Assembly (NCBI RefSeq): GCF_037042905.1
Contig: NC_087251.1
Span: 19,034,001 to 19,098,000 of the forward strand
DNA length: 64,000 bases
Source of the DNA: Lytechinus pictus
Lineage: Eukaryota
Reading direction: 5' to 3'
Shown here: in pieces, positions 54,901 to 64,000 of the stretch
How positions within the stretch are numbered: the stretch's first letter is position 1
Layout: each line of letters opens with the position of its first letter
Made by a program: the position numbers and the translations under genes
Notes under the pieces: generated by a model
The model's database searches: none
What the model saw: only the letters and a program-made list of their open reading frames with translations
What the model was told of the DNA's origin: nothing

Positions 54901-55875
54901 ATTTTTCAGGCAGTATCCCTTCAGAAACATTTATTTATACAAAATGCGCGAATGACGCGATCGAGAGCTCAATCATGATAAATTTTCATTTCTCATGGAT
55001 GTTTACCAAAAGTGTGTTTGAACTGGGGTTTGGGACATACTCGTCGAAGGACGCGAGGCTATCATCTATACACCAAATTTGTAAGTGCACCGTTGGGGCC
55101 GAAAGTTCTCGTTTTTCAGTTAAAAAATGTCAATATTTTACACAATAACAGTGCCTTGATTTTTTCTTCATGACTTTTTACGGTCCCACTGATGAATAAT
55201 TGCGTTTTAAACCAATGACATCATATTATCTGCCTACAATAAATTTGATATTTCAGTGAAGGTTCGTTTGTGTGCGGGAGCATAGCGACCAAGCCCCAAA
55301 ATATGCTATTTTCACCAAGGAAACTTCGCAGTTTGAAACAATAACTCTGTACGAAATTTACAAAGTATTCAATTGTTTCACAAACCTATTCGGAAATATC
55401 AAATAAGCCCTTAGGTTTTTGTTGTGAAGGAGTAATTTTTGTTTGCTCCCAAGCATTTTCAGAATACACAATATAACCAGTGGCGTACAGACGCTTTTTA
55501 TAAATTTTGCCCAATACGCCATACCATTTCTTTTTTTTTGTTGGGGGGGGGGGGGCTCATTATGCCACTGCTTATAAAAGGGGTATCAAAATTAATGTAG
55601 AGCCGTTGAATATTTTTACCAGCGAAATCTATTTAAGTTAGTAACGCTTCGAGAATAACGGCCTATAAAGATAAATACAGTCATGTATATTTCAATAGAT
55701 TATACTTTTTTGTGAACAGTGATATATTGCATATAAGCATTTTGCAATTCCTTAGATTTAAAACACAATATATTTTAGAGATGTATTCTGTTTTATAGCC
55801 TGCTGTGCAAGCCCTTCACTCGAGTTCTGAATGTGCAGCCAAGAATACTTTGTGTACTGAAGGCCCTCTCGCTCA

Positions 55876-56379
55876 TACCCCCTTTACACCAGATGAAGTT
55901 TCCGCTACGTTCTTGAAGTTCAGAAGCAAACCACCGTGGCACCAGCTTCGTGATGCCCCCATTACACCGGAGGAAGTTCCCGCTACGTCCTTGAAATTCC
56001 GATAACTTCCTTGTTTTCGAAAAATATGAAATCGTCCCGTGCATGATACGTCCTTGATACGTTCATGGTGCGTTAGTGGTGTTCTTTCCGTGTCCGCTAC
56101 GTCTATGTTACGTCGATGGAGCTTTTAGTACGCGATAAGAAGGTCCTTAGTGCGTCAGTACTACGCACTGCTCAGACGGCGCCCCCGCTACGTGGACTTT
56201 GGACATGTTCAAAGTCCACGTAGCGGAAAATTTGTCTCCGGAGATCATGCAGACTATGCCACGTCAATAACAGTTCTCGCTACGCTCTCGGTACGCTGCA
56301 GCAGTTCCCACTGCGTCATGGCCATTTTTCTTTGACGTAGCGAGAACTGCATGGACGTAGCGTTGGTGTAATGGGGGTA
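55876..56379. mobile_element. MITE-like element with duplicated left end
   Basis: taccccctttacacc (55876) and tgcccccattacacc (55954) versus ggtgtaatgggggta (ends 56379); internal cgctacgt repeats. Confidence 0.5.
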
Positions 56380-57756
56380 TAATGAATTGAAACAGCAAGT
56401 TTTGTATGTGCTAGTCTTTGCATGGAGACCCACTTGTTGATCAAAGTTTCAATCAGGGTTGTTATTTATGTTTCCTACCCTCTCATCTAATCTCCCCCCT
56501 CTCCTATTGTCCTCATCTCTACTTTCTCTCCACTTTTTTTTCTATCTCTCTCCTCTCCGTATCCGTCCACCACACAAGTATACTCNNNNNNNNNNNNNNN
56601 NNNNNNNNNNNNNNNNNNNNNNNNNNNNNNNNNNNNNNNNNNNNNNNNNNNNNNNNNNNNNNNNNNNNNNNNNNNNNNNNNNNNNNNNNNNNNNNNNNNN
56701 NNNNNNNNNNNNNNNNNNNNNNNNNNNNNNNNNNNNNNNNNNNNNNNNNNNNNNNNNNNNNNNNNNNNNNNNNNNNNNNNNNNNNNNNNNNNNNNNNNNN
56801 NNNNNNNNNNNNNNNNNNNNNNNNNNNNNNNNNNNNNNNNNNNNNNNNNNNNNNNNNNNNNNNNNNNNNNNTTATATAGGACGGATGTCCACCTTTCAGT
56901 GCTCATGGCGCTTCAAGAAAATAAAAATATACGCGCATCCTCTTTCAAACAGACACACCCGCATGCTTACCCACCCTCACACACACGCACATATACACAC
57001 CCCTACAACACTAGACACAAAATTTTATTTAAAATTGTTGAATGAATAAATATAATTGAATTAGTAACTTAAAATCATAGAAATTCACCATTTACAATTA
57101 AGATACAAACATCAACGACAATATAATAACTACGAGAATATGATAACTATAACAGAATTTTATAATTTCAATGCATAAATAATATCATACCACTTATGTG
57201 ATTACAAATCTTTGGTTATTTTTCAATTTATATAACAAGTACCTGCTTATGAAGAATAAGCAGACAAATAACGAGACTGATGATGATAATGATAGAAGTA
57301 ATGATAATGAAGAAAGTGACGATGATGATAATGATTATAATGAACAATAACGATGCTGACAAAGATACAATTATGTTGGATTTAACACCACAGACAATGT
57401 CAACTGGAGCTAGTGTTTAAAATGGTGTTACAATCTGGCACTGGTATGTCCAAATACTACTCTGCATGCAGGAGGTGATATTTGACACAGTGTTGGTGTC
57501 GATATAATTAGACCAAGGTTATCTTATAAACCATATAGAGATGTTACAGGTAGTAGGTCAATGGCAATACGGTTTCCGACTCAGTAAGCAGCCTATACAT
57601 CTACGTAGGAGACCACACCATGTAGTGTAAAAGTGTTGGTGACACCAAAGTATAACACCATCAATGGATTAGTACCGGACTGTCATAAATAGTCTTGAAA
57701 ATTATACCCTAAATATTTGTTTTCTGCCAACTATCATAGGTAAGAAATGGGGACAG

Positions 57757-57927
57757 CTATGGAACAAGACGAAGTATCGTGTTGATCTCGTGGACATGGT
57801 CGCGTAAATCTCGCGGCATCGATGTTGCATTGGTGTTTGGTACCTCATTGCCGAACGTGTGTGATTTTTGAAGTTTGGTAAGAAATCCTGGTTTACTGTT
57901 GACATTGGTGTAGAGGTATGGAAAGTC
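57757..57927 (-). CDS. PLB1-like probable terminal exon (DFPYLYTNVNS...RLVP*)
   Basis: PYLxTxxNS motif that closes the PLB1 repeat; TAG at 57757. Confidence 0.75.
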   Translation of the reverse strand, partial: DFPYLYTNVNSKPGFLTKLQKSHTFGNEVPNTNATSMPRDLRDHVHEINTILRLVP

Positions 57928-58488
57928 CTGTTTAATCAGAAAGTGAAAGGGGACAAATGAATTAACCATGCCGCGATATAATACACTAGATAGAGGTACG
58001 ATCTTCGGAATAACATTCAGGTTTTTCATGATTTCGTTCAAACTTGTATCAAATTCAATTCATTTAACCCTTTCAACAGTATAGGAACGAATAAAAATGA
58101 TGTTTCAGTGACGTCATTGTGTTTCAATGGCAGGTGGGTAGGGGGAGGGGGAGTGGCAATGTGACCAAAATTTCATTTCATCTTTATCATCACTGGACAG
58201 TGTTGGCAAACACACATTCAAAATATTTTCAATATCATTTTTTTTCCCTTTTCCCCGACATCGCTTAAATACTCTTTTCTCATAATGTAAAAAAAAATCA
58301 TAGGGTGTGATTAGCTTCCTGTCCCGTAGTTTTGTTTATGGGCGGCATTTAAGTGTCAAACAAATTAATGGAGATACACAGTTAATATAAACAGAAAGTT
58401 AAGACTCAAATGTTTATACATTCATGATAATTTTTATGGGGTTGTGTTGTTGTCATAGCAACTGTACAAGCCCATCACATTTTTTAAA

Positions 58489-58939
58489 ACGAAGTTCACT
58501 CTGACAAGAAAAATAGTAAAAAAATGATAAAAAGTATTAAAAAAATTATTAAAATATTAATTATTTGAATTGTGACGTCAAATACGAGCAGCTTTCTTAG
58601 TTATCGTATTGTAAAAAATAAATGAAATGCCATTTTCTTAGTAAATTGGAGATGGATTTATTGTACCTTCAGTAAATAAATACGCAAATCATTTCACACA
58701 CGCTTGTAAAATGAAAATAAAAAATAAGTCATCACGAACCAGTAAATATGAAATTTATGCATTTTATATTACATAACATATAGGGCAGCTGCTTGTTTAT
58801 GACGTCACAGATAAAAAACTTGAAATTCTGATAACTTTCCTAGTATTTAATGGATTTCCCTCAAACCTTCACCAATATTTTTTTTATTATTTTTGCTGCT
58901 ATTTTGACAACAAACTGTTCGTCAGGGTGAACTGTCCCT
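58489..58939. mobile_element. Degenerate TTAA-flanked foldback MITE related to 33407-34016
   Basis: gaagttcactctgac ... gtcagggtgaactgtccct|ttaa with internal mirrored tgtgacgtca..agcagct. Confidence 0.55.
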
Positions 58940-59111
58940 TTAATAATTAAATACAATGCTGCACTTTGTCGTGTTATTAGATACGAGTACATTTGGCATT
59001 CATCAGAATGGATGAGTATTCTGTACAAATTCCTAATTCTATCACATAATTTTTATAAATACCCCACCCCCCCCAAAAAAAAATCGCTCTATCCTCCACC
59101 ATTTGTCTTAC

Positions 59112-59177
59112 CTGTGAAGGGCAGTTGATTTTTTCTCCAGTGTCGTATGATGTATCTTTGGATCCTACAGGTTCAAA
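59112..59177 (-). CDS. PLB1-like exon (FEPVGSKDT...INCPSQ)
   Basis: EPVGxK / CP motif; phases 0-0. Confidence 0.88.
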
Positions 59178-59719
59178 CTGTAATGAGTAATTTGAAAAAT
59201 AATTTCCAATAGATTATAAAAAATGCATTATTGAATCTCATTGTGAATGAGATAATTATTATTGTTGTTGTTTAAGTCGGCATGTTAAGCCTGTATTGAG
59301 GTTAATAATTATTGCATTCATTTAAAGTTCAAATATGGGCCCGGCAGCATAAAAGACTGTTGTATATTTAAGAGTGACTGTATATTTATATGGAAAATAT
59401 GTACACAAAAGTCACAAGCAATGGTAAATATTAATTGTAAATATCAATACATTTTGCTTTAATTAAACGGTGGCAGCAGTGGGATGTTAAATCACAAAAA
59501 CCCAAAGAATTTAAGCTCATCCCATCATAATAATGATAAAAGTAAATATTTTCTTTTATTAAAAAAAATGGGTTCTACATGCAAGAAATTGATGATTTTT
59601 AATAAGTTATCATTAACCTAAGGTCTTATGGTTAGATGTGCAACGACATTGGTCCCAATCGAGAAAGTAAAATTTTATTGAGAATTATTTTATTTATGGA
59701 TATGAAATTGTTTACATAC

Positions 59720-59815
59720 CAAGTTGTTCCAATTGGCCGTTGACTGAGCAGCCTGTCCCTTCTGACTGAGATGAAAACAATCGGGTGCGAAGAATGACCT
59801 GTCGACATCTCCGTC
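59720..59815 (-). CDS. PLB1-like exon (DGDVDRSFFAPDCFHLSQKG...WNNL)
   Basis: Catalytic DxxH block FAPDCFH; phases 0-0. Confidence 0.92.
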
Positions 59816-60643
59816 CTATAATTCAAGGAATCAAGGAAATGGGATATCAGAAGGAATGAACGAAATCGGGGAAAGCACTATATGTATATCAAAATTTAAA
59901 AAGAACAAGNNNNNNNNNNNNNNNNNNNNNNNNNNNNNNNNNNNNNNNNNNNNNNNNNNNNNNNNNNNNNNNNNNNNNNNNNNNNNNNNNNNNNNNNNNN
60001 NNNNNNNNNNNNNNNNNNNNNNNNNNNNNNNNNNNNNNNNNNNNNNNNNNNNNNNNNNNNNNNNNNNNNNNNNNNNNNNNNNNNNNNNNNNNNNNNNNNN
60101 NNNNNNNNNNNNNNNNNNNNNNNNNNNNNNNNNNNNNNNNNNNNNNNNNNNNNNNNNNNNNNNNNNNNNNNNNNNNNNNNNNNNNNNNNNNNNNNNNNNN
60201 NNNNNNNNNNNNNNNNNNNNNNNNNNNNNNNNNNNNNNNNNNNNNNNNNNNNNNNNNNNNNNNNNNNNNNNNNNNNNNNNNNNNNNNNNNNNNNNNNNNN
60301 NNNNNNNNNNNNNNNNNNNNNNNNNNNNNNNNNNNNNNNNNNNNNNNNNNNNNNNNNNNNNNNNNNNNNNNNNNNNNNNNNNNNNNNNNNNNNNNNNNNN
60401 NNNNNNNNNNNNNNNNNNNNNNNNNNNNNNNNNNNNNNNNNNNNNNNNNNNNNNNNNNNNNNNNNNNNNNNNNNNNNNNNNNNNNNNNNNNNNNNNNNNN
60501 NNNNNNNNNNNNNNNNNNNNNNNNNNNNNNNNNNNNNNNNNNNNNNNNNNNNNNNNNNNNNNNNNNNNNNNNNNNNNNNNNNNCGATAATTTTATTGAAA
60601 TTTGCAATATCTTATTGGAACCAAGGAAATAAAAACAACATAC

Positions 60644-60748
60644 CGGTAGTGTAGGAACACTTGAGTCTTCTAAAAATGGCTGATATACTGCCGTGAAATC
60701 ATCTTTATCATCATATTTTCCACTTTCCACAGAGTTGCGAAGAAGTCG
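60644..60748 (-). CDS. PLB1-like exon (SGKYDDKDDFTAVYQPFL)
   Basis: Matches PLB1 SGRYD..EDFTVV.QPF; phases 0-0. Confidence 0.9.
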
Positions 60749-61025
60749 CTGTGTTCAATAAAACCAGTAAACGAGAGTGAGGAAGAACGAACAGTGCATG
60801 AGGTGTATTTCCTTTTTATCACATGAATTTATATACACGATTAGCTATCAACCCTCTCAAACCTCAAACTTCTTGAGTCAATATATAGGGTCATTATGCT
60901 CATAGCGAATGATTGAAAAAATTGAGAGGATATATAGGATGCATTATACTTTTTTATCATACCCATGACATATAATATTACATCAATTTACATTAAAGGA
61001 AATATACATTCAAGGTTTGTAAATT

Positions 61026-61475
61026 AACAAGGATGTTCATGAACCACGAGTCTCGCCTGAAATTTCGCGATCAATAAAATGTACAATGACTTTTGACCCC
61101 TAGATGACCATTGACCTTATCATCCTCAACAACACACTTGTGGTATTACCCAAGGATAATTTTGATAATAAGTGTGATCATAATTGATGCAGAAATTAAG
61201 AAATGACAGCAAGTTGAAAAAAGCTTTAAAAAAGGATAAACATGACCTCCTATCATTTGACCTTTTGACCCCTAGATGACCATTGACCCCATTATTATCG
61301 TGGGGTCACATGTGGTATTACCCAGGAAATCATAATGTACCAAGTATGAACATAATTGATGCAAAAATAAAGAAATGAGAGCAAGTTGAAAAAAAACTTT
61401 AACACTACAGAGCAACGGACTAATGGACAATTAGTGTTTACTAGTACTCGATCTCATGTTCGAGAGGGCCAGAAC
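61026..61475. mobile_element. Second modular repeat with two tandem ttttgacccctagatgaccattgacc units
   Basis: Units at ~61088 and ~61260; same architecture as 26279-26985. Confidence 0.45.
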
Positions 61476-61906
61476 TAGGCCTATATCTCCAAGCTAAACA
61501 AACTTGTGGGAGCACACCACGGTGTTAGCGAGCGATAATGTTGACCTTTCCGAAGTAAAAATCTGGACTTGCGATAGATTTTGACATTATATTTAAAAAA
61601 AAATTGTAATTTCACCCCTTTCTTTCTTTTCCTCCTTTTTATTTCTTTTCCTTTGTCACGGATCTTTTTGGTCCAGAGCCCTCAAGCCTATACGCCAGTG
61701 ATTTGTCTCATGATAAATCACGATAGACTTAGAAGAAAAAAAAAGAAGAAATGAAGGAAAAACATGCAGAGTAAAAAAAACCAAAAAAAATTTTTGTCCT
61801 CATGATAAAACCGCAATAGTTTCTCTAAACTCTGACTGCTAATTCCATATCAAAGGCGAAAGATTAACTACAAAATATAATCTGAATCCGATCCAAATCG
61901 TCTTAC

Positions 61907-61979
61907 CTGCATTTCTCTGGCTTTGAGATAAACGTATTGCTGTGGGATTGAACCTCCCAATGCGCATGGGCAAAACACA
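61907..61979 (-). CDS. PLB1-like exon (FCPCALGG...)
   Basis: CPC motif; phases 2-0. Confidence 0.85.
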
Positions 61980-62892
61980 CTGGATACAATAAAACAAAAG
62001 CCATAATAATAATAATTATAATAATAAAAGGAGAGCAAAAATCATGACAATGGGAGCAGCGAAACATGCATGAAAATCAATAAGTAAGGTCGTTTGATAT
62101 AATAAAAAGCATAATAAACTATTATACTAAAATAAGTAACCACTAGCATTATGGTCATGATGGTGAGGCAGCAATTATTTCTGATCACTCGAAAACGTTT
62201 CATCACAATCGCATATTTTTCAAATCCAACATTGCTTATTTAAGCTAATTTACTGGAATATGTAGTTGTCTGATTATTTACACACTTTCTGTTAAATAAG
62301 AGTGAGTTGGAGCACGGTTTTTATTTATGATAAGACAGGCATCAGTGGTTACGATTTTTTTTCTGAACTTGGATATATAATCTTTAAAAAAGTATTTGAA
62401 ATTGTGGTCAAACAAAACATGCACAATATACATATACGCGCAGTCGAAACTTAGTTATTCAGCTCTGCATAATAGGAACTATAGGAAAAGTGCGGGTCTT
62501 CATAACAAAGCACGAGGAAGGACTATAATACAAGAAACAAAATCATGCCATTTTTTTTGCTTTACTTTCCATGCTTTTTAGCACTTTCTTTGAGGATTTA
62601 TGCTAAATCAGTTTCGAAATAATACAGGTCTTCATGGAGGTCTTTCTTTGACCTCCATGGTTTTATTAATCAGGATGTTGTTTGTTGCACATACTGCATG
62701 GACCACAGAACCGGGGGGGGGGGCACCGTTTTCACTGAATTGTAAAAATTATCACCAAACCGTGATTTCATGTTCACCCCCCCCCCCCTCCCCCAACTAT
62801 CGAGATCGTTCCGCGGCCCACATTTTTATATATGGGCCAATTCTGCACAAAAAAGCAAAATCATTGGATATTAGCCTATTTAATGAACTTAC

Positions 62893-62984
62893 CTTGTAAT
62901 TAAGTTACATATCGTCGGGCCCTGTAGCTTCATGATCTGATTAGCTTGCATTATTCCAATAACGTTGACGAATGTCCTTGGGCT
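62893..62984 (-). CDS. PLB1-like exon (SPRTFVNVIG...)
   Basis: PRxFVN motif; phases 0-2. Confidence 0.88.
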
Positions 62985-63674
62985 CTTTAAAAAATAAATG
63001 ACAAAACATGACAAAAATGGATCATGCTAAAGGGATTAAGATTGGTATGTAATGACGAAATTGCATTAACGTAAATCCAATGGTAACAGTATATAAGCAT
63101 ATAAAATACCTCAGCACTTGGAGTATTAATATAAGGTAAGGAAGGCGCCAATTCAAGGGAGTGCAAAAGGCAAAATTTATTTTTAAAACAGGATTAAAGG
63201 TAAAATCTGAGCATCGGTGTCAGGAATTTGGAGAAGAGTGTTATTGTCACATGCCCGGGCGCTGTTTTCTAGAATATAATGAATATCCTGGTGAAATACC
63301 AAGCTCCTCATTTTTTTTAAAAGGTAATTTGTCAATCACTTATAAAAGAGGGGTGATCATATAAAGAATGACATAACTTTGGAGTATTAGTAGCTCCATG
63401 ATTTAACGGTAAAAGGAATTAAAATAATGTAAAAATGTGACAATTTAGATGTCACAATCTATACTTTGTTCTCGATCATGGTGAGCACATGATCTGACAA
63501 GGCTCGTACAAAATTTTGTTAGAAAGCAATTCCCCCCGTATTTTCCTCTTTAAAATGGAAAGATGATTAAAAAAGAAAAAAGGCAGGGGCTATAATCCAG
63601 ACTCAACGCCCATTCACCTTAGTTTAAAAAAAACCTTCAACAATACTTAGATAACATCAGCAAAATCCACAAAC

Positions 63675-63870
63675 CTCATCGTGTAATATTTGGATGGTCT
63701 TTTCCACAAATTTGATGTAATTTGCCGGTGAGCTTTCAGCGTAGAGACATCCACTGCATAGGTCATTCCCGCCAATGAATAATGTTATCAGTTTCCAATC
63801 ATTCTCAAAATCGACCGAAGGATCATCTTTCATTGTTTGGATCAGCTCTCGAGCCTGGCCAGGCATGTCT
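63675..63870 (-). CDS. Phospholipase B1-like (GDSL/SGNH) exon (DFENDWKLITLFIGGNDLC)
   Basis: PLB1 signature DWKLITLFIGGNDLC; AG/GT boundaries; the gene continues beyond the window end. Confidence 0.92.
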
Positions 63871-63884
63871 CTGTTCAATTTATA

Positions 63885-64000
63885 TCAATTCAATTCAGTT
63901 CAATTTCAATTCCATTCAATACAATTTAAATCAAATTAAGATCATTTTAATTCAATTCCATTGAATTTAATGTAACGTTAGTCAATTCAATTCCATTCAC
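63885..64000. repeat. Degenerate (ATTCA)n pentanucleotide repeat
   Basis: Direct reading. Confidence 0.7.

Overview
AT-rich, intron- and transposon-rich animal genomic DNA with N-gaps. The repeat landscape suggests an invertebrate deuterostome such as a sea urchin (inference only). Three spliced genes were rebuilt by hand with consistent GT-AG phases. (1) On the + strand at 2948-16287 (5' end outside the window or not found) is a >=1270-aa protein. A ~900-aa disordered Ser/Pro/acidic region carrying SILK+RVxF (PP1-type) and PxIxIT/LxVP-like (calcineurin-type) motifs and a 19-aa repeat is spliced in frame to a divergent C-terminal actin fold. (2) On the - strand at 27010-46202 is MOCS1, with the MoaA-like ORF ending ...MILIGG-TGA, an in-frame MoaC-like ORF, and several splice routes that keep or bypass the stop. 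(3) On the - strand at 57757-63870 is the 3' part of a phospholipase B1-like GDSL/SGNH lipase. Introns and intergenic DNA hold many non-autonomous DNA transposons with visible TIRs/TSDs, LINE remnants, a tRNA-derived SINE and a SINE-like element with a 7SL/Alu-like head. The best candidates for novelty are the phosphatase-docking scaffold fused to actin and the 7SL-headed SINE.
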